Shown here piece after piece: positions 9,768 through 18,955 of a stretch of 39,784 nucleotides of DNA. The position numbers and the translations under genes are program-made. The stretch lies in the sequence record SRR31156797_4029. One strand, given 5' to 3'. The notes beneath the pieces are model-generated. The model had not been told where the DNA came from and ran no database searches. It saw only the letters and a list, made by a program, of their open reading frames with translations. Position 1 is the first letter of the stretch. Every line of letters begins with the position of its first letter.

Positions 9768-10788
9768 CGGCAATCGATTCTCTAATGATCAATTCACTGC
9801 CACAAACGACGCGAACAGGCATCGTCCGCACCCCAAGGATTTTATTTTTCGCTAATTCGACACTCATCTGCCCCATCTCTTCAGCTTTCATCTTGACGGA
9901 AGACAGTGCGGGCGTCATAAATTGCGCCATTTCGATATCATCAAAACTAACGACTGACACATCTTTAGGAATCGATAGCCCCGCTTCAGCGAGTGCCTTG
10001 TAAACCCCGACAGCCATAGGATCGCTGGCAACGACGATCGCTGTGGGGCGAGGATTCATTTGCGCGATCTGCTGACCAAAATGCAAACCAGTCTCTGGTG
10101 ACCATTTCCCCTGCAGCACGGTTGTGAACTTTTCCAATTTATTGAGCAGCATCCATTGGCGATAATTTTCTGCTCGAATCTCTTGTTCATCGTAAACGAC
10201 TTCGCCAGAAATCGTCACTCGGCTGGCAACACCGCCCACAAAGGCAATATTCTCATGGCCCTTCTCTTTTAACAACGTGAGGATCTGGTGAGTCTTTTGG
10301 GCAAAATCGGTTTGGATGCAATCGTAGCTGGGTGCTTCACTATAATTATCCACCAGGATAATATTGGCATTTTGCTGACTGATCTCTGCCAAAGCATCGC
10401 TGGTCATCTCTCCAATAATAATGACTGCGCCATACTTCGCCAATTGTGCCAAATCTTTTTGAGGCTCCCGCATGGAAAAGGCCCGAATCGTTTTTAAGCG
10501 CCACTTCGCCGCTTCTTTTTCGATCCCATTGCGGATCATCATAAAATACGGATCGTTTCTTTCCGACTCTCGATCGTGGCGGGTAATGATGGCAATCGTG
10601 TTTTGGTCGCCGACTTCACGGGAATGGGGTTGATTTTTTTCTTTTGAATAATTCATTTGGTTGGCGATCTCAATGACTCGTTGACGCGTGTGTTCATTGA
10701 TACTGAAGGTTTCATCATTGTTAAGGATTCTAGAAACACTTGCTACCGACACCCCGGCTAATTTCGCGATATCTCTCATACTTGCCAT
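9754..10788 (-). CDS. LacI-family transcriptional repressor (LacR/GalR/EbgR-like)
   Basis: N-terminal HTH ASMRDIAKLAGVSVASVSRILN, DPYF motif, IPKDVSVVSFDD. Confidence 0.93.
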   Translation of the reverse strand: MASMRDIAKLAGVSVASVSRILNNDETFSINEHTRQRVIEIANQMNYSKEKNQPHSREVGDQNTIAIITRHDRESERNDPYFMMIRNGIEKEAAKWRLKTIRAFSMREPQKDLAQLAKYGAVIIIGEMTSDALAEISQQNANIILVDNYSEAPSYDCIQTDFAQKTHQILTLLKEKGHENIAFVGGVASRVTISGEVVYDEQEIRAENYRQWMLLNKLEKFTTVLQGKWSPETGLHFGQQIAQMNPRPTAIVVASDPMAVGVYKALAEAGLSIPKDVSVVSFDDIEMAQFMTPALSSVKMKAEEMGQMSVELAKNKILGVRTMPVRVVCGSELIIRESIAEKDQ

Positions 10789-10870
10789 AGCTGCACCTCA
10801 TCTGTTTACTGTTTACTAAATTTACATTCAGCATAGGCATAATTTTTGGCCCTGTCAACCTTCTTTTCAC

Positions 10871-10913
10871 AAAAAAACCGAAACTCCTTAGCTTTTCACT
10901 AAGGAAGTTTCGG
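10871..10913 (-). terminator. Terminator of the ABC operon
   Basis: CCGAAACTCCTTAG...CTAAGGAAGTTTCGG stem, followed by T7 on the minus strand. Confidence 0.8.
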
Positions 10914-10929
10914 GATACCCATTTGTTTT

Positions 10930-11532
10930 CTATTTGAGCGCTTGGTCACAAAGCACGACATTGACTAAATACAAGGTGCTGATTCCTAAGACCAATAAGT
11001 AGACTGGACCAAACAGCAAAAAGGTCAAGACAAGCGTCACTGTTGCTAAAAGATGCGCCAGTACTCGTTTGGGTGAACGAGCAAACTGATAAAAACTATA
11101 AAACAATGAGCTGGGCTGCTGCGGATAGGTGTGAAGCAGCCTCGTTTGATAAAGTAAGACCAAGCAAAACAAGCCAAAGGTGAACGCTAACGCGTAACTA
11201 GCGATCTGAAACAGCGGGTGCTGCAAACGGCTAAAGATAAAGCTGTCCGCCAAAAGCAGCAGGAAGAATAGACTGAGCAAACGGTCTTGCCCTTTTCTTG
11301 TTGTCCACTGTTGATGAAATGCCTGCTGAAAACGAGCTTTGCTGCTTGCCTCCAAGCCATCGTTCCGCAGTTCCGTCAACGTCTCGATCAATGCTCGACT
11401 AGCGGTGGTACTGGTGATCAAAGGCAAGGAATACAACAGCCACATGCCTTGTAAAACCAGTAAATGCGGAAGCCAGTTGATGCCAGTCAACAGCGCTTGG
11501 TTCAAGCATTGCGGGGTAACTTTTGTTCTCAT
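10930..11532 (-). CDS. YesL/DUF624-like membrane protein
   Basis: 200 aa, multiple TM helices, 'WLLYSLPLIT' segment, translationally coupled to a sugar ABC permease. Confidence 0.7.
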   Translation of the reverse strand: MRTKVTPQCLNQALLTGINWLPHLLVLQGMWLLYSLPLITSTTASRALIETLTELRNDGLEASSKARFQQAFHQQWTTRKGQDRLLSLFFLLLLADSFIFSRLQHPLFQIASYALAFTFGLFCLVLLYQTRLLHTYPQQPSSLFYSFYQFARSPKRVLAHLLATVTLVLTFLLFGPVYLLVLGISTLYLVNVVLCDQALK

Positions 11533-12389
11533 CCTTTGGAACCTCCCGTCAGATCCATTCCCTCAATAAAGTAGCGTTGTGCGAGGAAGAATAGCAAGAT
11601 CGTCGGCAATAGCACAAGCGTTGCTCCTGCCATCAAGTAGTTCCATTGGGTCGTTGATTGGTTTTGGAAGACTTGCAGGCCAATCTGCAGCGTGTACTTT
11701 TCTTGATTTTGAATATACAGTAATGGTCCTAAGAAATCATTCCACGCCCCATTGAAGGAGTTGATGGCAATCGTGATCAGCGCGGGTTTCGTCAATGGGA
11801 TCATTAGATGGCTCCAAATATAAAGATGATTGGCGCCATCGATCTTAGCGGCTTCGATCAATTCATTGTTGACGGACAAGTAAAACTGCCGCATCAAGAA
11901 AATGTTAAAGGCGTTGCCGAAAAACGCTGGAACGATCAGCGGCAGATAGGTGCCAACCCAGCCGATTTTGGAAAACAAGACATATTGCGGGATCATCGTC
12001 ACAAAGCCAGGAATCATCATCGTAGACAAGACGAGGGCAAAGATCAGATTTTTTCCTGGAAAGGCCAATTTTGCAAACCCATAAGCAATGAAGGAATTTG
12101 ATAAGACATTCCCGAAGACCACTAAGACGGTAATGAATAACGTATTTTTTGCATACTGCCAAAATGGAAAGGCGTTGATAGTCTCCAAATAATTGCCAAG
12201 ATTGATTTCTTCTGGGAAAAAGGTCGGCGGGTAGCGCACGATCTCCTCCATCGGTTTCAATGACGTAAAGACCATCCACAGCAACGGGATCAGCAGCACG
12301 ATCCCGATGATCGACATCACCACATAGCTGATGATTTTTTTGACTCGCTGTTGGCTTGATTTGCTTCGTGTTTTTGTCGTCATTTCCAT
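11529..12389 (-). CDS. Carbohydrate ABC transporter permease (MalG-like)
   Basis: EAA loop ELIEAAKIDGA, WNDFLGPL motif. Confidence 0.93.
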   Translation of the reverse strand: MEMTTKTRSKSSQQRVKKIISYVVMSIIGIVLLIPLLWMVFTSLKPMEEIVRYPPTFFPEEINLGNYLETINAFPFWQYAKNTLFITVLVVFGNVLSNSFIAYGFAKLAFPGKNLIFALVLSTMMIPGFVTMIPQYVLFSKIGWVGTYLPLIVPAFFGNAFNIFLMRQFYLSVNNELIEAAKIDGANHLYIWSHLMIPLTKPALITIAINSFNGAWNDFLGPLLYIQNQEKYTLQIGLQVFQNQSTTQWNYLMAGATLVLLPTILLFFLAQRYFIEGMDLTGGSKG

Positions 12390-13309
12390 TAGCTGCCACC
12401 TCCGGTATAGTGAACCCAGCGTGGTGCCAGCTTGAGATTGATAAAGGTCAAGACTAAGACGATCAAGAACAAGATCATCGACATGGCCATCGCATAGCCC
12501 ATATCAAAGGCGACGAAGGCTTTGTTCCACATATGCAAATTATAGAAGAGCAGCGAATTTGCAGGACCGCCGGTACCATTTTTGGTCATCACGTATGCTT
12601 CTTGGAAAATTTGAAAAGAACCGATCGTTGAAGTAATCACATCATAGAAGATGATTGGCGTGATCAAAGGGATCGTAATATTTTTGAATTTCGCCCAGAC
12701 TCCCGCCCCATCGATCTCAGCCGATTCATACAGCGTCGGTGAAATATTTTGCAAGGTAGCTAGATACAAGAGCATCGCGCCCCCCGAACTCCAAATCTTC
12801 ATCAAAATCAACGCTGGTTTCGTCCATTCGGGATCAAACAGCCACGCTGGACCTTTGATATTGAACCAGCTCAAGAAGGTATTGATCAATCCTGCGGAAG
12901 GAGATAATAATTGCATCCATAAGACGTAGACGGCAACCCCTGAAAGGATCGCTGGCAAGTAAAAGGTCGTTCGGAAAAAACTGATTCCGCGGATTTTTTG
13001 ATTCAATAACGTGGCTAGAAAGACACTGAACAACGTGGTTAAGGGAACATTGAAGAGTACAAAATACGCCGTGTTATAGAGAGATTTCCAAAACAGGGTA
13101 TCTTGCGTAAACATGCGGGTAAAGTTCTTAAAGCCGATAAAATTCATTTTCGAAGTCAGATTGTAATCGGTAAAGCTTCCTACGAAGGAAAACAGCATGG
13201 GCCCTAACATAAACACCACGAACCCAAGCAAAAATGGTGCTACGAAGAAGTAGCCCCAAAGAGCTTCTTGCCGTTTACTTTTTGAACGCTTCTTTGGCAT
13301 TCCTTCCAC
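12389..13309 (-). CDS. Carbohydrate ABC transporter permease (MalF-like)
   Basis: EAA loop LYESAEIDGA, FRTTFYLP, MGYAMA motifs. Confidence 0.93.
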   Translation of the reverse strand: MEGMPKKRSKSKRQEALWGYFFVAPFLLGFVVFMLGPMLFSFVGSFTDYNLTSKMNFIGFKNFTRMFTQDTLFWKSLYNTAYFVLFNVPLTTLFSVFLATLLNQKIRGISFFRTTFYLPAILSGVAVYVLWMQLLSPSAGLINTFLSWFNIKGPAWLFDPEWTKPALILMKIWSSGGAMLLYLATLQNISPTLYESAEIDGAGVWAKFKNITIPLITPIIFYDVITSTIGSFQIFQEAYVMTKNGTGGPANSLLFYNLHMWNKAFVAFDMGYAMAMSMILFLIVLVLTFINLKLAPRWVHYTGGGS

Positions 13310-13432
13310 TCCATTCTATTTTTACTCATTGTTTGTTCAAGAAAACATGTCCGCTTCGCAAAGCAGAAAGCAAAGCCCAGTCCGCTAACCGACTGGACTT
13401 TCCTTCTTTTTTAAAAACGCTCGTTTTGAAAT

Positions 13433-14749
13433 TTATTTGTTTTGCTCAACGAGATCTTCGACCGCTTTTTGCGCATCTGCCAACCCTTCAGCCGGTGTTT
13501 TGCTGCCCAGCATGATTTGGTCGATCTGTTCATTGACAAGACTGCTGAAATCAGGAGCTGTCAATGGTACAGGTGTGATCACCGTATTGGCAAAGTTTTC
13601 ATCTGCCATTTGGTAGATCATTTGGCCGTTTTCATCTAGATTGTCGTTGTTGACCAAGTTTTCGTTGGCTGTTCGATTCGCCATGATATCAAAGCTTTTC
13701 TCACCAAATTTCTCTTGAACTTCTGGTGTCGACAAGTATTTGATAAACTCATAGGACGCTTCAGGATCTTTGGCTCCGTATGGCACTTCTAAGACGAACC
13801 CGCCACCCCATGACCAGTGACCAGAACCACTTTCTTTTTCAGGAATTTGAATGACCCCAAATTCAAAGTCATCCGGTGCATTTTCCGCTAAACTTGAGTA
13901 GTAGTTGATGTTTTGCGCACGCATCGCCACTAATCCAGAAATGAATGGATCGGCAACACCTGAACCAAATTCAGCTTCTAACCGATTGATGGTATCTTGA
14001 CCATAATACTCTTGCCAGTCTAAGATCCATTCCAACGCTTCCACTTTGTTGTCTGTATCGATTTTGACGTTCTCATCCTTGTCAAACCAGCTGACGCCAT
14101 CGTCGGCATTCAAGGCCCACACATCGGCGCCTAAATTCCACAATGGGTAAAAACCGATCCGCTCAAAGTCATCACCGTTTTTGACATCTAATTTACGAGC
14201 AACTGTTTCTAACTCCTCCCACGTTTGGGGCAGTTGCTCTTCACTGATACCTGCCTCTTTAAAGAGTGTCTTGTTGTAGAAAATCACTTGCGTATCTGTA
14301 TTGAAAGGAACAGCATACGCATCCCCTTCATACTCCACCGTATCCCATAATTGCGGATAAAATTCATCAGAAAAGCCTTCTTCGATATACTCGCTTAAAT
14401 TTGTTGCTTGCTGCGCTTCTGCCCGCTGAGCAACAGAATTAATATCTTGTACAATAACATCAGGCGGATTACCAGCAGTGATCGACGACAGTGATTTTGT
14501 CCAAATATCGCCCCAAGGCTGGTAGCTGTATTTGACCTCGATTTTATCTTGTGACGCATTAAAATCATCAATAATTTCTTCAATTACTTCTTGTCTTGCA
14601 CCAGACCCCCAGAAGGACCAAAAATCCAACGTCGTTTTGCCATCTGCTGACTCATTCCCCGAGGAATCAGCGGTTTCGCTATTGCCACATCCTGCCGCCA
14701 GTACACCAACTGAAAAAAGCAAAGTCCCCATATAAAATAACTTTCTCAT
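13433..14749 (-). CDS. Carbohydrate ABC transporter substrate-binding lipoprotein
   Basis: Lipobox LAAGC, AGNPPDV and IFYNKTLF motifs of SBP family 1. Confidence 0.92.
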   Translation of the reverse strand: MRKLFYMGTLLFSVGVLAAGCGNSETADSSGNESADGKTTLDFWSFWGSGARQEVIEEIIDDFNASQDKIEVKYSYQPWGDIWTKSLSSITAGNPPDVIVQDINSVAQRAEAQQATNLSEYIEEGFSDEFYPQLWDTVEYEGDAYAVPFNTDTQVIFYNKTLFKEAGISEEQLPQTWEELETVARKLDVKNGDDFERIGFYPLWNLGADVWALNADDGVSWFDKDENVKIDTDNKVEALEWILDWQEYYGQDTINRLEAEFGSGVADPFISGLVAMRAQNINYYSSLAENAPDDFEFGVIQIPEKESGSGHWSWGGGFVLEVPYGAKDPEASYEFIKYLSTPEVQEKFGEKSFDIMANRTANENLVNNDNLDENGQMIYQMADENFANTVITPVPLTAPDFSSLVNEQIDQIMLGSKTPAEGLADAQKAVEDLVEQNK

Positions 14750-14991
14750 TTAACCTAACCTACTTTCATTTATTTTTAATGTACTATTTAAAAGCTATCA
14801 CTACTTCTTCTTTTCAGCAAACAAAAAGCATCGTTATTCGAATAAAAAAATAACATTTTTACCGTTTCACGATAAGAAGAGCGTTTTCTTTGAAAATTTA
14901 AAAAAAGTGGGGCATCATAGAAATAGCACCTATTTTTCAACCTCTCGTTAGATCATTTGAAAAACGATGTTTATAGAAAGGGAGTAACCAC

Positions 14992-15495
14992 ATGCTAGTC
15001 ATTGTCGATATGCAAAACCAAATTCTCGATGAAGCGAACGAAGCGTATGTGCCAGATAGCGCCGCTCTCGTCAAACGAATCGCCAAGCGCCTAGAACAAG
15101 CGCGGGTGAATGGGGAGTACATCTTACACACCCGCGACATCCCAATCGAAGTCAAAGGAACGCCTGATGAAGAAGCCGCTGCCCTGCAGCTTATCCCAGA
15201 ACTTAAGCCTCTCGAAAATGAAAAAGTCGTCAAGAAATACTATTACAGTATTCCACCTGAAGTCTTGATCGACATCAAGAAAAATCTATTTAAGCCTGAA
15301 GAAGAAAAGAAAATCGAAATCACCGGTGTTGAAACCAACATCTGCGTCCTTTCCAATACGATCGAGATCCAAAGCGCCTTTCCTGACGCTGATTTCACCA
15401 TCAATAAAACATTAGTCGCCGGTAAAAATCACGAGTCGCAAGGACTCGACATCTTACGAGACTTCAATGTCCAAATCATTGATGGAACAAAATAA
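14992..15495 (+). CDS. Isochorismatase-family cysteine hydrolase
   Basis: VIVDMQN, catalytic K (VVKK), GVETNICV. RBS GAAAGGGAG. Confidence 0.88.
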   Translation: MLVIVDMQNQILDEANEAYVPDSAALVKRIAKRLEQARVNGEYILHTRDIPIEVKGTPDEEAAALQLIPELKPLENEKVVKKYYYSIPPEVLIDIKKNLFKPEEEKKIEITGVETNICVLSNTIEIQSAFPDADFTINKTLVAGKNHESQGLDILRDFNVQIIDGTK

Positions 15496-15516
15496 ACCAA
15501 TGACCAATAAATAACG

Positions 15517-15549
15517 AAAGCTCCCTGTTCAAGGAACAGAGAGCTTTTT
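15517..15549. terminator. Intrinsic terminator, probably bidirectional
   Basis: AAAGCTCCCTGTTC-AAG-GAACAGAGAGCTTTTT between convergent genes. Confidence 0.8.
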
Positions 15550-15565
15550 CAATTTAATTATTCAT

Positions 15566-15850
15566 TCAATTCATTGAGCCATCTAATAGCTCGGTCGGAA
15601 TTTCAATCCGAACCTCATTTTCTGTCTGACAGTTTGGACATACGAAGGTTCCTTCGATGGCTTCCTTCACTTCCCCGTAAGTATAATGAATAGCGATTTC
15701 ATCTTCTGCCAATTCATTCGTTTCCAACGGTGGTACCATGGTTAATTGCCCCTCGCTGTCTTCTTGTAAATGAACGACTAGCTTCCCATCAAAGTTTTCA
15801 TTGCAATTGGTGCAGGAAGCTTTTCCTCGAATCGTTAGATCCATGATCAT
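15566..15850 (-). CDS. Small acidic zinc-ribbon-like protein
   Basis: Two CxxC pairs (CTNC, CPNC) about 55 aa apart. RBS GAGGAGG. Confidence 0.7.
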   Translation of the reverse strand: MIMDLTIRGKASCTNCNENFDGKLVVHLQEDSEGQLTMVPPLETNELAEDEIAIHYTYGEVKEAIEGTFVCPNCQTENEVRIEIPTELLDGSMN

Positions 15851-16135
15851 CCCTCCTCATTTCTTGTCACTGGTTGATGCAGGTTCCAGTAGATACTCGT
15901 AACACATGCATGCTTCACTTTAATAGTGTCACGCTTTCACTTTTTTAGCAAATCATCTGTTTTTCTTTTTTTAAACCATTGATGAAGAAAAATCCTAATC
16001 AACCGTTTTGAGCGTTTTCGTTGTCAAATCGTTAAAATCCTTGCAGAATTAACTTATCTGTTACTGAAAAGTAAAAACATGTTGTTGGAAAAATTAGTGA
16101 TTGTCCGAACTTATCTGAACAAACAAGGAGGAAAA

Positions 16136-17272
16136 ATGATGCAAGCAGTAACCTGGCAAGGAAATCAAAAAATGGACGTTCGCCGTGTAGAAGATCCAAC
16201 GATTTTAGAACCGACGGATGCGATCATCCGAATCACCGCAACTGCAATCTGCGGCTCTGATCTCCACCTTTACCACCATGGCGGCTCGGTTTTGGAAGAA
16301 GGCTATGTCGTTGGTCACGAACCAATGGGTATTGTCGAAGAAGTCGGCAGTCAAATACAGAAACTAAAAAAAGGCGACCGCGTCGTCATCCCTTTCAATA
16401 TCGGTTGCGGTCACTGCCACTTTTGCCAAAATGAGATGGAAAGTCAATGCGACAATTCTTCAGAAGATACATTGTATGGCGGCTTATTCGGTTTTGGAAA
16501 AATGAACGGCAACCACTGGGGCGGTCAAGCCGAATTCTTGCGCGTACCGTTCGCAGATTTCACCTCGTTTATCGTACCTGAATCAACGATCCCTGATGAA
16601 AAAGTATTGTTTTTATCTGACATCTTACCTACAGCATATTGGAGCGTCCAAAATGCCGGCGTCAAAAAAGATGATACCGTGATCGTCTTAGGCTCAGGAC
16701 CAGTTGGCTTGTTTGCGCAAAAATTTGCTGTGATGGCAGGCGCTAAGCGGGTGATTGCCGTGGACCCTGTTGCTCATCGCCTAGAAAAAGCCAGCAGCTA
16801 CAATCAAGTCGAAACATTCCAATTGGATGATCTGGCTACTAGTGCCGATGAATTGTATGAGCTGACCAAAGGTGGCGCTGATGTGATCATCGACTGTGTT
16901 GGGATGGATGGTTTAGAACCCGTCAAAGAAAAAGCCAAAAATCTAGTCAGCTTGCAAAGTGGAACAATCTCACCGATCCAGATGGCCGCCAAGGCAGTCA
17001 AAAAATTTGGTACCGTCCAAATCACTGGCGTTTACATGACACCTGCTTCTTCTTATCCATTGCAAGAATTCTTTATGCGCAACATTGATGTCAAACACGG
17101 GCAAGCACCTGTGATCCATTTGATGCCAAAAATTTATGATATGATCGCGGACGGTTTGTTTGACCCGTCACAGATCATCACCCACACGATGCCTTTAGCA
17201 GATGCTGCCAAAGCGTATGAGATTTTTGACAAAAAAGAAGACAAGAACATCAAAGTTGTCTTGAAACCTTAG
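16136..17272 (+). CDS. Zinc-dependent alcohol/aldehyde dehydrogenase (formaldehyde-dehydrogenase-like MDR)
   Basis: ICGSDLH, GHEPMG, structural-Zn CGHCHFC...C, GGQAEF, LSDILPT, GSGPVG. RBS AAGGAGG before ATG 16136/16139. Confidence 0.9.
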   Translation: MMQAVTWQGNQKMDVRRVEDPTILEPTDAIIRITATAICGSDLHLYHHGGSVLEEGYVVGHEPMGIVEEVGSQIQKLKKGDRVVIPFNIGCGHCHFCQNEMESQCDNSSEDTLYGGLFGFGKMNGNHWGGQAEFLRVPFADFTSFIVPESTIPDEKVLFLSDILPTAYWSVQNAGVKKDDTVIVLGSGPVGLFAQKFAVMAGAKRVIAVDPVAHRLEKASSYNQVETFQLDDLATSADELYELTKGGADVIIDCVGMDGLEPVKEKAKNLVSLQSGTISPIQMAAKAVKKFGTVQITGVYMTPASSYPLQEFFMRNIDVKHGQAPVIHLMPKIYDMIADGLFDPSQIITHTMPLADAAKAYEIFDKKEDKNIKVVLKP

Positions 17273-17291
17273 CACAAATAAAGGAGCAGTG

Positions 17292-17636
17292 ATGGCACCT
17301 ATGCCAAAAATCAAACGGAGTGAACATCAATTCGATCCTGGAAAAGAAGAAGATGTGATCATCAAGGCAAGTCGCTTTCGCATCTACTTTCAAAATCGCT
17401 ACATGTTGATCTCACTTACGAATGATATTTTGACGGGCTTGTTTTATATTTTCGGGAGTATCGTTTCATTAACTAGCTTACCTGCGATTTACGGAACGAT
17501 CGCCTATTTGATCGGCGGTGTCTTTTTGACCATTCGCCCGCTGATTAAAATCGTTCGCCATGTCTATATCTATAATGATCGCAATCAAGAAGGCGAGAAA
17601 GAAAAAGATGTCACCATCACCGACGATGAAAGTTGA
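17292..17636 (+). CDS. YrhK-like membrane protein
   Basis: 'NDILTGLFYIFGS...LIGGVFLTIRPLI' two-TM pattern recalled as YrhK-like. RBS AAGGAG; exact start uncertain (17289/17292/17301). Confidence 0.7.
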   Translation: MAPMPKIKRSEHQFDPGKEEDVIIKASRFRIYFQNRYMLISLTNDILTGLFYIFGSIVSLTSLPAIYGTIAYLIGGVFLTIRPLIKIVRHVYIYNDRNQEGEKEKDVTITDDES

Positions 17637-17664
17637 TGGGGCGACAACTAGAGAGGAGTTTCCT

Positions 17665-17880
17665 ATGTTAAAAACATTTGATGGGATCGCACTGACACTA
17701 TTGATCATCGGTGGGATCAATTGGCTGCTGGTCGGCGCCTTCGAGTTTGACCTTGTCGCAGCGATCACCGGCGGCAGCACGTCGATCATTGCCCGCGTCA
17801 TTTATATTCTAGTTGGGATCAGCGCATTGTATAGCCTAAAATTCTTTCCAGCTATCGCCCGCCAACAAACACTCGACTAA
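17665..17880 (+). CDS. DUF378 (YuzA-like) small membrane protein
   Basis: IIGGINWLLVG.F.FDLVAAI.G...ARVIYILVGISA signature. RBS GAGAGGAG before ATG 17665. Confidence 0.85.
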   Translation: MLKTFDGIALTLLIIGGINWLLVGAFEFDLVAAITGGSTSIIARVIYILVGISALYSLKFFPAIARQQTLD

Positions 17881-17893
17881 ATGAAAATAAAGC

Positions 17894-17976
17894 CTGCATC
17901 TGCGGTGTGCTGACCCCAAAAAAGTTAGATTTTTGGTCTAACTTTTTGAGGTCGCATCTGTGGATGTAGTTTTTTT
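17894..17976 (+). terminator. Long terminator hairpin with a nested repeat
   Basis: CTGCATCTGCGG pairs (with G-U pairs) with CTGTGGATGTAG, followed by T7. Confidence 0.7.
17906..17956. mobile_element. IS3/IS150-group terminal-inverted-repeat stub (MITE-like)
   Basis: TGTGCTGACCCCAAAAAAGTTAGA...TCTAACTTTTTGAGGTCGCA. TG...CA ends and a CCCCAAAA(A)GTTAGA core resemble IS150-group ends as recalled. No transposase. Confidence 0.6.
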
Positions 17977-18061
17977 GTCTACAATCATTGAAAAAAAACA
18001 CCAGTTGTACTACTCTTGTATTTAACCTACTATTTTCGAAAATATAAAAAGGACGTGACTC

Positions 18062-18904
18062 ATGACCCCACCTACTAGACCCTCGCTGATACGTCGGATA
18101 CTCGGTCGGATGCTTTTGCTATTGATTTTCTTATTTATTCTAGGTATTATTGGCGGAATTATTGTTTTAAATAACCTCACCATCGCGGAAAATTGGTTTG
18201 GTCTGAATGAATACCAAGTCGTTGAAACCAGGCATCAGATCATTCGTTTGTTCCCCTACTTTTGGGTAGCAGGGATCCTGCTGGTCTTTTTGATCGGTCT
18301 GATCATCGGCCTCAAAAAACACAAAAAGTCGCCATTTTACTGGTTATTCTCATTGCTCTTGCTGCCAGCGATTCTCTTTTGTATTGGCGTAGTTTCCACC
18401 TTTTTACCTGTAGACCGCCAACTCTTTCGAGAAGAAACCAGTGCCAAAGAAATTATGGCGGCGCTGCCAAATCAATCTTCATTCAAGGACAAAGAGCTGC
18501 AACTGGTCAGCTATAGTTTTCACATCCGCAATGTCCCGCTAAAAAGCGGCATTTATGCAGTTGCGCGAGTGATCAATCCAAACACAGGCCTACAAGACGA
18601 GTATTGGTATTACCCAGAAAATCTGTTGACCAAATGGAAAAAAGACGACGATACGATCGAGCTTTCGATGGAAGATACCATTGCCTTTGATGCCATCGAC
18701 TGGGGCGTCATTCCCAAGATCATCAAGGATTCTGAGGCGCGAGCAGCTCAGCTAGATCACTATGTTCCTGGCGTCAGCATCGTCATTTTAAACGGCTTCC
18801 AAGGTGAATGGACTTGGACCGTTGGTTTAAATGGGATTCGTAATCGAACCGAGATCAATTATGTCTATGATCTCAAAGGAAATTATCAATCCGAATGGCA
18901 ATAA
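18062..18904 (+). CDS. Hypothetical membrane protein (3 N-terminal TMs + soluble domain)
   Basis: 280-aa ORF, RBS AAAGGA, own terminator. No recognisable motif. Confidence 0.75.
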   Translation: MTPPTRPSLIRRILGRMLLLLIFLFILGIIGGIIVLNNLTIAENWFGLNEYQVVETRHQIIRLFPYFWVAGILLVFLIGLIIGLKKHKKSPFYWLFSLLLLPAILFCIGVVSTFLPVDRQLFREETSAKEIMAALPNQSSFKDKELQLVSYSFHIRNVPLKSGIYAVARVINPNTGLQDEYWYYPENLLTKWKKDDDTIELSMEDTIAFDAIDWGVIPKIIKDSEARAAQLDHYVPGVSIVILNGFQGEWTWTVGLNGIRNRTEINYVYDLKGNYQSEWQ

Positions 18905-18907
18905 AAC

Positions 18908-18943
18908 AAGCGGCACCTATCCCCGTGAATAGGTGCCGCTTTT
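18908..18943. terminator. Terminator between convergent genes
   Basis: AAGCGGCACCTAT...ATAGGTGCCGCTTTT perfect stem. It closes the sulfatase operon from the other direction. Confidence 0.88.
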
Positions 18944-18955
18944 GCTTTTATCAGT

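Noticed and set aside
13373-13403. Stem-loop between the SBP and first permease as a riboswitch or sRNA
   Set aside because: A short hairpin (CCAGTC/GACTGG) in the position typical of stabilising or attenuating stems in ABC operons, with no recognisable aptamer.
14992-15495. Possible nicotinamidase (pncA)
   Set aside because: The metal-binding D-x-H histidine is absent (TRDIP), so only the family-level call is kept.
15851-16135. SigB-type promoter upstream of the stress-like genes
   Set aside because: No convincing GTTT-N(14-17)-GGGWAW match was seen.
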